IMG/VR virus record: IMGVR_UViG_3300044580_000410
Span: 20,720 to 84,719 of that record
Reading direction: 5' to 3' (one strand)
Origin: a virus
DNA: 64,000 nucleotides
This document shows positions 19,992 through 30,200 of this stretch, piece by piece (the stretch's first letter is position 1; every line of letters starts with the position of its first letter). Made by a program: the position numbers and the translations under genes. Under the pieces are notes generated by a model. That model worked only from the letters and a program-made list of their open reading frames with translations, did not search any database and was not told the origin of the DNA.

Positions 19992-19999
19992 TATATTTG
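19992..19999 (+). promoter_or_regulatory. Bacteroidota-type -7 promoter box TATATTTG (TAnnTTTG)
   Basis: Exact TAnnTTTG in the intergenic gap, ending 14 nt before ATG 20014; no clean -33 TTTG. Confidence 0.5.
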
Positions 20000-20013
20000 C
20001 AAAAAAGACGAAA

Positions 20014-20325
20014 ATGAACTTCGAAAGAGGCATAGATCCCAAGAAGTCTTTGGATATTGGTCTAAATCATAATGGCCGTATACCCGAAGAAGGAAGATCT
20101 TTCCTAGTTCAATTTCTTTTGAGAAGATCTTGCCCGGAATTTTATCCTCTTCAGGAAAAGCAAAGAAGGGGGGAACCAATAGTTGCTATTTGTATTGGTC
20201 ATCCTAGATTAATTTATGATCCTTTTACTTTTAATCCTCATAAATTTATTAAGTGCCGTATAGGGGAGGAGGAATTTATTTCATCTATGAACGATAAAGG
20301 AGATTGGGAAATAAGTAATGAATAA
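20014..20325 (+). CDS. Leaderless FERG-tag protein
   Basis: MNFERGIDPKKSLDIG. Confidence 0.75.
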   Translation: MNFERGIDPKKSLDIGLNHNGRIPEEGRSFLVQFLLRRSCPEFYPLQEKQRRGEPIVAICIGHPRLIYDPFTFNPHKFIKCRIGEEEFISSMNDKGDWEISNE

Positions 20326-20328
20326 GTA

Positions 20329-20628
20329 ATGAATTTTGAAAGAAAAAAATCGCCAAAAGAAGCTATGAGCATAGGACGAAAAGAATATGCTCTCCAAATG
20401 GCTGGCTTATTAGCAAAGAGGGTTAAACTCAATCTAACAAATTCTAATTCTTATCCGAATAATCCTGAAATAATTTTTACCTGGTCAAATTCAGTTGATG
20501 GAAGCTATATTAATTTAATTGAGAGAGGACGGGAATATTCTATATCGTATGATCTAGGTATGTTTAATTTTGGCAATGCTTCCATCCCAGATGTTGTTGA
20601 AATGCTTAAAAAAGACGGAATATTATGA
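20329..20628 (+). CDS. Leaderless FERG-tag protein
   Basis: MNFERKKSPKEAMSIG. Confidence 0.75.
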   Translation: MNFERKKSPKEAMSIGRKEYALQMAGLLAKRVKLNLTNSNSYPNNPEIIFTWSNSVDGSYINLIERGREYSISYDLGMFNFGNASIPDVVEMLKKDGIL

Positions 20629-21152
20629 ATTTTGTTAGAGGAGCAGATCCTAAACAAGCATTAGGAATAGGTTTAGGGCCTAAAATTAAAAACTGGATGA
20701 GTCATTCCAGGGATTTTTCCTATGATGATATTTTTGAAGTCTGGACATGGGCTTTGAGAAGAAAAAAGGATATTGTATTTCCATATCTTGTTAGTTTAAA
20801 TGGAAAAAAATGGGTAAATGGTGAAAAAATTGATTTTTCTGATCCTGATTTTTTATGGGATTCAGTATCAGAAGGAAATGTAGCAGCTGTAAAAGCCCTT
20901 TTAACCATTCCCGATCTCTTTCCTGAGGAGGCTTTTATTTTGGATCAAGGAACTTCAGAGCTAAAATGGCAATATGTAGAACGAGGGGATACAAAAAGTT
21001 CTATGAGAGCTACGAACTTTGGGGCTTATGTTAATCTTGCTTCAAGATATATGCATGAAAATCGTCCAAACCCAGAGGTTAAACAATTACTTTTGGATTA
21101 TTATAATAAGTACCACGATCATGAAATTTACAAGGGAAGGGGAAATATTTGA
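20625..21152 (+). CDS. Leaderless FERG-tag protein (possible degenerate ankyrin repeat)
   Basis: MNFVRGADPKQALGIG; SVSEGNVAAVKALL. Confidence 0.75.
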   Translation: MNFVRGADPKQALGIGLGPKIKNWMSHSRDFSYDDIFEVWTWALRRKKDIVFPYLVSLNGKKWVNGEKIDFSDPDFLWDSVSEGNVAAVKALLTIPDLFPEEAFILDQGTSELKWQYVERGDTKSSMRATNFGAYVNLASRYMHENRPNPEVKQLLLDYYNKYHDHEIYKGRGNI

Positions 21153-21486
21153 TCGAATCGGAATAGGGAGAAGTCAAAATCCTATCGAAATCTCTGGGGT
21201 TTATCATTTTATACCTCGTGCAAATTTGAACGGGGATGGCGAGGGATATTTTGAAGAAACAATTTTTGATAAGAAAACTGCTAAAAAGATTCTTGAATTT
21301 ATAAATTCCAAGGGATTAACTCCTTTTTTAAAAGAATATTATGGAGTGGGAAAAATTATAAATGAAACGGATAAAGGAAAATTTATTATTATAAATGGAA
21401 TTATTAAGGGTGTAGAATCCGTTCGATTTTCAGAAATATTTGGCTCTTATGTTTTATATGAAGGCAAAAAATATTTCATAAGATGA
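21121..21486 (+). CDS. Leaderless FERG-tag protein (divergent tag)
   Basis: Probable start at ATG 21121: MKFTREGEIFDRIGIG. Confidence 0.65.
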   Translation: MKFTREGEIFDRIGIGRSQNPIEISGVYHFIPRANLNGDGEGYFEETIFDKKTAKKILEFINSKGLTPFLKEYYGVGKIINETDKGKFIIINGIIKGVESVRFSEIFGSYVLYEGKKYFIR

Positions 21487-21767
21487 ATTTTGAAAGAGGA
21501 CAGAATCCGAAAAAAATAATGGGGATAGGAATCAGAAAAAAAGCATCCGAGGTTCTTTTAAAACTTGTAGATGAAAATAGAACTGTAATGATTTATCCAT
21601 CCGTAAGAGAAAGAATTATGCGTTTATTTAAAGAAGAGGTAGGATTAGAATTGAAGATAGGGGTTACCATAGATAGGGAAGGTCTTTATTTTAAAATAAA
21701 ATTCCCAGGAGAAGATAAACCAGAAGATTTTTCAGATTTTATTTATCTAAGAAACAATGAATTTTGA
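21483..21767 (+). CDS. Leaderless FERG-tag protein
   Basis: MNFERGQNPKKIMGIG. Confidence 0.75.
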   Translation: MNFERGQNPKKIMGIGIRKKASEVLLKLVDENRTVMIYPSVRERIMRLFKEEVGLELKIGVTIDREGLYFKIKFPGEDKPEDFSDFIYLRNNEF

Positions 21768-22047
21768 AAGAGGACAGGATCCACTAAAAGCCATGGACAT
21801 TGGTATTAAAATTTATCGATGTGGTCATTGCGGAACACCCACTGATGAGAATGGGGTTCCCCTTACTGGAGAAGAATTTAAAAGGGCTACAGCTATTATT
21901 GATGAAATAGGAGATTCAAAAACAGAATTAGTCCAAGGGGATTGTTGCATTTTTCCTTTGAATGACCCTTATTATAATAGAGTTCAAATAACAAGAGAAA
22001 TGGCCATGGATGCTCAGGATCCTAGTCTTGAAGGAGAATGGATTTAA
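21757..22047 (+). CDS. Leaderless FERG-tag protein with Cys motifs
   Basis: MNFERGQDPLKAMDIG, CGHCG...DCC. Confidence 0.75.
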   Translation: MNFERGQDPLKAMDIGIKIYRCGHCGTPTDENGVPLTGEEFKRATAIIDEIGDSKTELVQGDCCIFPLNDPYYNRVQITREMAMDAQDPSLEGEWI

Positions 22048-22862
22048 GTTGTTGGCAAAAGATTTTTAAGAAATAGCTCTTTTTCTGCTTCTCTTCTATC
22101 AATTAATCCAGGAAATTTATCTGCTTTTTTAACTCCAGAAGTTAATATACTATCGGCAGCTTCCATATAATTTTGATCTTTTAGTGATAAAACAAACTCG
22201 GTGGATCTTAATCCGCCAACCCCCATATTATAAGCCATGGAAATCATTGAATCCCACATGTGCTGGGAAATCATAACATTTATGCCTTCTTCATCCCAGA
22301 AAGTAAATAATCTTTTTAATCCTTCTTCAGCTTTTTTAATATCCTGCATTAGTAGATTATTTGCTTCATTCTCAGTAATTATATCACCTATTTTATATTT
22401 AGAAGTTTCTTCTGGCTCAGCATGACCATATCCAACCGTAATCATTCCGTCCCCGATTGAATAAGCTTCTAATTTTAATTTTTCATGTTCTTTGATAAAT
22501 TCAATGCCTTCAGGACTTGTAGATAATTGAAATGGATCTTGAAGAATATCATAATTTAATGGAATTTCATTCCATGGGTAAAAATATTTCCCAAATAATT
22601 TATTGAATTCATCATTCACTTCTTTTTTTGAAATATAATTCTGGCTTGCTAAATAGATAAGAGGCTGAGAATTTTTAACTTCTTCTTTATTAGGCAGATC
22701 CTTATATCCCTTATTAGAAGCTGTCATCAGGAACATATATGTAAGAATAGCAGCTTTCTTAGCAACATTTTTTATACTATTGATGTCGAATTTTTCATTT
22801 AGAATCTCAGATGCTAGAAACTCTTCATTTAAAAAAGGATATACGGATTCGTAAATAATCAT
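22044..22862 (-). CDS. Phage lysozyme (GH24) with N-terminal extension
   Basis: GIEFIKEHEKLKLEAY...TVGYGH, SMAYNMG, GLIDRREAEKELF. Confidence 0.9.
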   Translation of the reverse strand: MIIYESVYPFLNEEFLASEILNEKFDINSIKNVAKKAAILTYMFLMTASNKGYKDLPNKEEVKNSQPLIYLASQNYISKKEVNDEFNKLFGKYFYPWNEIPLNYDILQDPFQLSTSPEGIEFIKEHEKLKLEAYSIGDGMITVGYGHAEPEETSKYKIGDIITENEANNLLMQDIKKAEEGLKRLFTFWDEEGINVMISQHMWDSMISMAYNMGVGGLRSTEFVLSLKDQNYMEAADSILTSGVKKADKFPGLIDRREAEKELFLKNLLPTT

Positions 22863-22878
22863 TAATTGACATTTTCTT

Positions 22879-22887
22879 TATATATTC
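22879..22887 (-). promoter_or_regulatory. Putative late promoter GAATATATA
   Basis: Variant of the motif upstream of the lysozyme ATG. Confidence 0.45.
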
Positions 22888-22890
22888 TTT

Positions 22891-22960
22891 TGTCAAATTG
22901 TCAAAATTTTTTTGATTTATTGCCATTTTGTCATATTTTTTTCAATGGCATATTTTTTGA
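22891..22960 (+). promoter_or_regulatory. Sigma54-type -24/-12 promoter with upstream TGYCA-N3-TGTCA repeats
   Basis: TGGC-N7-TTGA at 22946-22960; TGTCAaatTGTCA at 22891-22903 and TGCCAtttTGTCA at 22921-22933. Confidence 0.6.
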
Positions 22961-23005
22961 AAATATGTGTATGAAAAATTAAAAATAACTTAAAATTATA
23001 AAATT

Positions 23006-23416
23006 ATGGAAAATAAATTAGCTTTAAGAAATCGGGGCATTAGCCTATTTGATGATTTTTTCTTTAATGATTTTTTTAATAATAATTGGTTGAAAAAACT
23101 TGATGGGGATTATTCCACAGAACCTGCTCATTATTTTTTCGATGAAGAAAATAAGCAAATGATAATTACTGTCCAGGCCCCAGGTTTTTCTAAAGAGGAT
23201 ATCCAAATAGATATTGATGCAACGGGAATAACTATAGAAGGGGAGCTCAAAAACGAGGAGCTCAAGAAAAGGATCGGTGAAAAGAAATTTTCTTATAAAA
23301 TGAGAAAATTTGGAATAGATTCTAAATCGGTCGAAGCTAAATTACAAGATGGAATTTTGGAAATTAAATTTAAATCTCAGGAATCTAAAACACAAAAAAG
23401 AATAGCAATTCAATAA
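23006..23416 (+). CDS. Small heat-shock protein (Hsp20/alpha-crystallin)
   Basis: APGFSKEDIQIDI...ITIEG...VEAKLQDGILEI...KRIAI. Confidence 0.9.
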   Translation: MENKLALRNRGISLFDDFFFNDFFNNNWLKKLDGDYSTEPAHYFFDEENKQMIITVQAPGFSKEDIQIDIDATGITIEGELKNEELKKRIGEKKFSYKMRKFGIDSKSVEAKLQDGILEIKFKSQESKTQKRIAIQ

Positions 23417-23441
23417 AAAAGAGCCTAATGGCTCTTTTTTT
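23415..23441 (+). terminator. Intrinsic terminator
   Basis: AAAAAAGAGCC-taat-GGCTCTTTTTTT. Confidence 0.8.
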
Positions 23442-23443
23442 GT

Positions 23444-23451
23444 GATAAATA
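23444..23451 (+). promoter_or_regulatory. Putative late promoter GATAAATA
   Basis: Motif directly after the terminator. Confidence 0.5.
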
Positions 23452-23507
23452 TAAAAAAAATAACTTAGGAATTTTTTTCTTAAAGCAAAAATTAGTATAT
23501 TTACACC

Positions 23508-24119
23508 ATGAAAGCCAAAAAGGTTATAGATGTTATTCAAGAAGGTGTAGCTGATAAAGCAGCCGAAAGAATGTTTGGCATCCCTGATGAAACTGGCAAA
23601 AGTGAAAAGCAAGCGGCTATTTCATCTGAAGATATTATTGCTAAGGATGGTAAATGGGCCCTTATTAAAAACCCTGCTTCTATTTCTTCTTTGGGCCCTA
23701 ATATCAGAGGCGTTATTTCCAGAGATGGCGACATTTATATGGAAAATTTCTCTGAAAAAATTCATCATGACATTCTTAAGATCCTATTTTCTAAAGGTAT
23801 TCTAAAAGGCGAATTCTCCAAAAAATGGAGTAAACAACTTCCTGCTGAAACTGGATTCGTCACGGTACAAAGATATAAGGATACTGATAATATTTGCATT
23901 GGAGAAAGCAATCGTCTCCTTTATGACAAAAACGATTATGACAAGCTTATTCCCTATTATTCTGCTTATATAAATAATGCTAAGAAGAAGAATCCTGGCC
24001 TTAATCTTCGGGACAAACTTGTAGGTATGAAATTTGCAGATCTTAAAGAGAATAGCAATATCCCTTCACTTATTCATAATGTCTATGAAGGAAAGCATTT
24101 TATGGTAAATAATTTATAA
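23508..24119 (+). CDS. Hypothetical protein with Glu-terminated leader
   Basis: MKAKKVIDVIQE-GVAD...; 203 aa. Confidence 0.6.
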   Translation: MKAKKVIDVIQEGVADKAAERMFGIPDETGKSEKQAAISSEDIIAKDGKWALIKNPASISSLGPNIRGVISRDGDIYMENFSEKIHHDILKILFSKGILKGEFSKKWSKQLPAETGFVTVQRYKDTDNICIGESNRLLYDKNDYDKLIPYYSAYINNAKKKNPGLNLRDKLVGMKFADLKENSNIPSLIHNVYEGKHFMVNNL

Positions 24120-24140
24120 AATACGATTTTTTCTTGTCTC

Positions 24141-24162
24141 AGCCCCTTCGGGGGCTTTTTTT
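24141..24162 (+). terminator. Intrinsic terminator with cUUCGg loop
   Basis: AGCCCC-TTCG-GGGGCT followed by a T-run. Confidence 0.85.
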
Positions 24163-24183
24163 GTGGTCTTTTCGTAGGGTAAA

Positions 24184-24191
24184 GATATATA
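24184..24191 (+). promoter_or_regulatory. Putative late promoter GATATATA
   Basis: Motif upstream of the baseplate operon. Confidence 0.6.
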
Positions 24192-24204
24192 AATAAAAAC
24201 TAGA

Positions 24205-24567
24205 ATGGTTAAAGAAATATACATCAGAAACCCCGAGGACCCAAATTATCGTTATGGGGTTTTTGAACATTCTGATCCAATAGAAAGTATTATTTCAAAG
24301 ATAAGAATGATACTTGGAACTACACAAGGACAAGTTTTAGGAGATCTTAATTTTGGTGTAGGAATTGAAGATCTTATCTTTGAAACAAGAATAAACAAAC
24401 TTGAATTGGAAGAAAAAATTAAAAGACAAATACAGCAGTATATTTCTGAATCTAGTAAATTTAAAATAGAGCCTTCTGTTTCATTTGGTAAGGCAGATGG
24501 ATTTGATTTCTGTGTTATTGATTTTTATATCAATGATGAAAAAGCAATAGGGGTATTAGTTAAATAA
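24205..24567 (+). CDS. Baseplate wedge protein (gp25/GPW-like)
   Basis: IRMILGTTQGQVLGDLNFGVGIEDLIFE...IKRQIQQY fits the gp25 pattern. Confidence 0.75.
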   Translation: MVKEIYIRNPEDPNYRYGVFEHSDPIESIISKIRMILGTTQGQVLGDLNFGVGIEDLIFETRINKLELEEKIKRQIQQYISESSKFKIEPSVSFGKADGFDFCVIDFYINDEKAIGVLVK

Positions 24568-25028
24568 TGTTAGTTAGAGAAAATATTAGATTTGAAAGAG
24601 GAAAAAATCCGAAGGATGCTCTTGAAATAGGTATTCGAAAATCCCTTGAACAAAAAGGAGTCGAATTTGATACTACATGGGATCAATCAGGAGAGGAAGA
24701 TAAAAAAGTAAATTTGCATATCGAAAATATAGCAAAAACTGTAAAATTACTTATGGATGCAGGAGTAAGTCCAGAAGATATTTCAATATCTAAATGGAAC
24801 CATTTTTATGTTAGGGTTGTTAGGGTATTAGAGGGTAATGCCGTTAAATTTGAATGTCTATCTGAAGATGATGGGAAAAAACTTATTCAGGTTTTAACAG
24901 ATTTAGCTATTGAAAATAGACCCCAATGGCATTTATCCTGGGATACAAAATTAGTTTATACTGATGATATTCAGGATTGGCTAAAAAATTTAAAAAAGAA
25001 TCGAGAAAAATATAGTAAAATACTATGA
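24567..25028 (+). CDS. FERG-tag protein inserted in the baseplate operon
   Basis: MLVRENIRFERGKNPKDALEIG. Confidence 0.75.
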   Translation: MLVRENIRFERGKNPKDALEIGIRKSLEQKGVEFDTTWDQSGEEDKKVNLHIENIAKTVKLLMDAGVSPEDISISKWNHFYVRVVRVLEGNAVKFECLSEDDGKKLIQVLTDLAIENRPQWHLSWDTKLVYTDDIQDWLKNLKKNREKYSKIL

Positions 25029-26920
25029 GTATAATTAAAACTGCCCGAATCCGATTATCTGAATTATATCAGGATTCAATTAACTTTATAAAACAAACAT
25101 ACGAAGATGCTGGACAATATTTTACCATGGCATCTCCTATGGGTCAGCTTCTTCAGGTTGTTCTTAATATTGGTAGGACAATCCTATATTATATTGAAGA
25201 CTCTATTACTGAATTAAACATCAATACAGCTTCTCGCTCTCAAAGTGTAAAAGGGCTTGCAAGTTTAACAGGTCATAATTCATCCAGAGGTGTAGCTGCT
25301 AGAGGAACTCTAAGATTATTCTATAATGGGCAGAAATTAGATATTTATGGAAACACCGCAGTTATTCCTAATTATACAAGATTGACATCAACTTATAATG
25401 GACTTACATATACAGTAGTTTTACCTGGGAATGAGGTTCGATTAGATCTTGGTTCTGTAACCAATTATATTGATGTAAATATTGTTCAAGGCAAATTAGA
25501 ATATCAGCAGTCAACAGGAACAGGGGATCCTTTACAATCATTTAATTTTCAAGCTAAAAAAGGATCCATCATAGATAATTTCTTTGTTAACATTTATGTG
25601 AATGGTAAAAAATGGGCAAAGAGAGAATCCATTCTTGATATGAATTTCAATGAAGAATCTGTTATAGTTAAAACAGGACAAACTGGTGGTATCGACGTAT
25701 TTTTTGGAAATGGATATAATGGTGCTGTTCCCCCACTTGGTTCAACGATCCTTGTAGAATATTTGTTAACTGATGGGGATGCAGGAAATATTAGAACTGC
25801 TGAAGCTAAAACCACAACAAATTGGAAATTTGAAGGAAAGGGTTATTCAATTAATAGCCAAGAAATAGATCTTAATAAAATTCTTAGGGTTTCCATCCAG
25901 AAGGATGTTTTATTTGGAGCTAATGAAGAGCCAGTCTACTTAACAAGATTACTTGCTCCTCACATGTCAAGAAGTTTTGTTTTAGCTAATACCGATAACT
26001 ACATCTATTTTTTACGCAAGCTTAATATGTTCACGATTGTTGATGCTATTCCGGGTTTTGCAACCTTTGAAGATAGATATGCAATTGACAAATATAATGT
26101 AGCTAAAACCACTTATGAAAATATAAGCGAGCAATATAGATCTCTATTAGCAACTGTTGGTGCTTCAGCTACCCAATCCCTTGCTAAGAAAACAGAATTA
26201 GATAATGCTCAAACACAACTTTATTATTGGCAAGCTCAGGTAGAAGAACAAAAGAAAGATGATAATACAGTTTATCTTTATTTAGTTCCCGATGTTAATC
26301 AAAGAATTCCTGCAAATCAGAATTATTTTACTTGCGGATTAGATTCGTTTCAATTAACAGATCTTGAAAAGAAAGGAATTTTAGATCTAATTGAGGAGAG
26401 CGGTCAAAGAATATTAACTGTAGATAATGCTATTATGACCCTTCGTTATCCTAAGTTTGTTCTTAATGTTGCTTTAGTTATCTATGAAGGTTACGATCTT
26501 AACAACATTAGGGAGCAAATTATCTCTAAAACATCTGATTATTTCTTGAAAAATACTAGAAGGGATAGAATTCCTCAATCAGATTTAGTCAGAATAATTG
26601 AAGGCATCGATGGAGTAGACTCTGTCTCTGTCTGGTTTGATGCAGATAAAAATAATTTCCAAATTTATGGAAATGGATATGGACTTGATGATTATGGAGA
26701 TATTATTCTTGAGAGATTTGTATTAGACGCATTTGGAAATAGAGTAACTGTTAAGGATATTTATCCTCTCATTAGAGGGGGATTCGAAAGTCAACTCGGG
26801 ATTACCTATGATGATTCAGTTGCAAAGGATAGACTTTCAACCGTAAATATTCAATTGAGAGGAATTACCCCAGTTAACTTTAATTCCAATCAAAATAAAA
26901 CTATTGTTTCTAACTTATAA
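25025..26920 (+). CDS. Baseplate wedge protein (T4 gp6 / baseplate J-like)
   Basis: NINTASRSQSVKGLASLTGH, FFGNGYNGAVPPLGSTILVEYLLTDGDAGN, SDLVRIIEGIDGVDSV. Confidence 0.8.
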   Translation: MSIIKTARIRLSELYQDSINFIKQTYEDAGQYFTMASPMGQLLQVVLNIGRTILYYIEDSITELNINTASRSQSVKGLASLTGHNSSRGVAARGTLRLFYNGQKLDIYGNTAVIPNYTRLTSTYNGLTYTVVLPGNEVRLDLGSVTNYIDVNIVQGKLEYQQSTGTGDPLQSFNFQAKKGSIIDNFFVNIYVNGKKWAKRESILDMNFNEESVIVKTGQTGGIDVFFGNGYNGAVPPLGSTILVEYLLTDGDAGNIRTAEAKTTTNWKFEGKGYSINSQEIDLNKILRVSIQKDVLFGANEEPVYLTRLLAPHMSRSFVLANTDNYIYFLRKLNMFTIVDAIPGFATFEDRYAIDKYNVAKTTYENISEQYRSLLATVGASATQSLAKKTELDNAQTQLYYWQAQVEEQKKDDNTVYLYLVPDVNQRIPANQNYFTCGLDSFQLTDLEKKGILDLIEESGQRILTVDNAIMTLRYPKFVLNVALVIYEGYDLNNIREQIISKTSDYFLKNTRRDRIPQSDLVRIIEGIDGVDSVSVWFDADKNNFQIYGNGYGLDDYGDIILERFVLDAFGNRVTVKDIYPLIRGGFESQLGITYDDSVAKDRLSTVNIQLRGITPVNFNSNQNKTIVSNL

Positions 26921-27216
26921 TGGCAACAGCAACTCAAAAACAAAACGCAGTAAGTAGTAAGAGTCAGAAGCCAAAAGTAAGAATTTCTTATTTTGCTTCG
27001 GCAAAACACTTATCAGATAATTATTCTAATTTAGGATATGATTATCGAGGAAAAATATTGTCCAAAACAACATCTTCTGAATTATGGGCTAACCCAGTTC
27101 AAAAGCCCTTGTTTGCTCAAATTGAAGCTATGTTGACCTTTATTTTGGAACAAGTTAAATATATTAAGAAAACATTTTCTATAGCACACGATAAAGAAAG
27201 TACCAATATTAATTAA
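26920..27216 (+). CDS. Small putative baseplate protein
   Basis: 98-aa ORF translationally coupled within the baseplate operon. Confidence 0.5.
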   Translation: MATATQKQNAVSSKSQKPKVRISYFASAKHLSDNYSNLGYDYRGKILSKTTSSELWANPVQKPLFAQIEAMLTFILEQVKYIKKTFSIAHDKESTNIN

Positions 27217-27222
27217 GGATTC

Positions 27223-30200
27223 ATGAATCAGCAAAATTGGAAAATATTTAATAAAAGCGGTAGTTTTTTAAACTCATACGCAGACATTTACTTACCTCTT
27301 ACATTTATCGCCAGTAATATAGATGCAACTGGGGCAGCTGCTTTTGCCGTTACGGATCCTAGCAATTATATTATAGATGTTGAAGTTACAAATAGCGGAT
27401 GGGAATATCCTTCAAATACACAAGTTCAATTAGATTATACTTTTGGCGGATATTCACAAATTTTAAGTGCTTCTGAAGTTTCTATAGGATTTAAGGATGT
27501 TTCGATTTTTAATCCAGCCCCTGCAAGTTCCCAAGCAATTGAAAGTGTAGTGATCACTTTAACACCTGATGTTTCTTTTCTTTATCCTGCAGTTACTTAT
27601 AGTTCTGCTATATTTTTACAACCTATTTCTCAAGGGCTTGTCGAAACTGAGCACTTAACGATTATCGAAGAATCTTCAACAGGAGCTTTAATTAGGCCTT
27701 ATGATCCTATTAATCCCTATTTAATCTTTAGATTTACTGATGGAGATCCTGAAATTAAATTATTTGAAATTGATGAAGAAAATCAGCTTGTGGAATGGGC
27801 TGATGAGATCATAATTGATACAACTGAATATGCGGAAAAAACAGGATTAATGATTAATGTTGGATTCCGTGCAGAAACAGAAGGGATTTTTGAAAGAAGA
27901 CTTAGAGTATTCCATAAAGTAGGAAATACGGAATACCTTATTTATGAAATATTGGTTAATGCTGAATCGGTTGGACCCGATGAAAGATTTGATACTCTTA
28001 TAACTAACTTTGGATTACCAAGTCCTAAAGCTAATCATACTCTTTTTAAAGAAGCAGATATAAATGAAGATCTTCCTGATTGGAAGCTTTTGAATTATAA
28101 AGCAAAACATATTATCCTAGAACATGATAAGATCATGCCTTATATCGGAACTTATAAAGGTCTTATCAATGCAATAAAATGGCTTGGGTATGAAGATATT
28201 CAGGTTAAGGAATGGTTTAAAAATGTTAAAGATGGAAAAAATCTTTCCCTTACGGTTCCTTATGATGCTGCTGATAGAACAAAAACTCTTCTTTATTTTT
28301 CTCCAGATGAAAGAAGAAATTTAAAGAAATTAAATCAACTGTCGCTTGTTTACTGTTTAACTAGGGAAACAGGACAAATTGATGAATGGGGTAATCCTAT
28401 TGTTGAGGAATGCTACAACTATAATATTAATGAAATCTTTATCAAATTATATGCTCTTAAGCAATGGCTTGAAAGATGGATTATTGGTGTAAATGCTAGG
28501 ATTACAGATATTACAGGCGAGGGGGTTTATTTTGAAAGATTTAGAAACGTTGTTTATGGAACTAATACAATAGGGTCCGAGGCTATTTTTGAACAATCTA
28601 TTTCCCCGATTACTCTAGATGAAAGTTCGGAATTAATTCAAGGGGATGCAAGCATTAGATTAACTTTGGAAGAATTACAAAAGATGCCTATAGAAGCATT
28701 GCAAGTAAGATTCAAGGATTTATTGAAATATTGCTGGGATCCTTCAAATGGTCAATTCACACTAGCAGATGCATCCTTATATTGGTATGATCCTTCGACT
28801 GTTCTTGTGGGTTCCACTTTCCAATTTCCTTTTATTGATTTATTTGATATTCAATGGAGAGCTTCTGTCGAAAAAACTGATGCAGGAACTATTATAGATA
28901 AATTAGTAACAAAGCCATTATTCGTTTATGAAAATGATCTTCGTTTTTATAATATTTTGGATTCTTCTTCTCAGTTTTATGATGTTCAATCGAATTTAAA
29001 TATACTTCTTGAAAATGCTATTTTAAGAGATCCTTCGAATGATGATTGGACTTCTTCTAAAGCTTATGAAATTTATCCAGATCCATCTGGATTAGGATAT
29101 TATTGGATGGAAAGCTCCTCGGGCTTAGATTTATTTAAGTTTAATTCCTATGTTAATTTAATTCCGGATACAGGCTCGGTTCTTCTTTATGAATTTGATT
29201 CAAATTATAGAGTTCCTCTTTTAAGCTTTCAAAATTATAAATTTACAGATGCCTCCGGAATTATTACTTCTATTCCAAAGAAATATTTCTTAGATATTCT
29301 TGATGGAAAAATAGTAATGGATTCTAGTATACAGGGGTCAAAACCTTGGGTTTCTGATCCAAGCTCAGGAAATATCATCTCTGTTGAATATAATCTAAAC
29401 TGGAATTATGACACTAGTTTAGATGAACAAATGATTACTGTAAATATTGTTTATAATTCTTCAAGAATGCCCTTAGCGGTTTATGATCCCTCAATTTACT
29501 ATTCTATTTATGGCTCGGATCCTTATCCTGCAAGAGTAATAGATAACAGTATTTATATTATGACTGTTAATCATACTGGAGATTTTTATATCGAAGTATT
29601 TGCATGGGATGGATTTAATAACATATATTCTAATAAAATGGAAACTTTATATCCTGTGTGGACTAAGTTTCCAAGAATTTATGTTCTTACTGATAATTCT
29701 CTATATTCGGCTACAGATGTTAGTAGTATGTCTGTTTTAGAAGCTAGCACTCTTATATCAGAAAATCCATATCCTTTATTTGATAGATATATTCCTCTTC
29801 AGGGGATTTCATTACAATTTGATGCTTCTGGCACCCCCTATATTGAAATTCCTTCCATCACCTATTTCCAGGATGTAATGGAACCAGATTCTCTCAATAG
29901 ATTCTTTAATTTAACCGAGAGAGTTACTTATATGGATAGTCCTACAATTACAGTAGATCCGGATTATCAAAAATTTTATGAAGGTGATGAGATAAGATTA
30001 GTTCAATTTGATAAAGGAAAATATTCTTTAATCAGAGAAGCTAGCGCTCATATAGATTCAGTTGGCGGAAATGACATGGATATTTCTCCTTGGCCTGCTG
30101 ATATTTCAATTAACGGTTCTGCAGAAGTATATGTTTTAAATGACACATACAGAACGACTGTAAATGCTGCTAATATAGGGGATAATCTTGTACTTGATGT

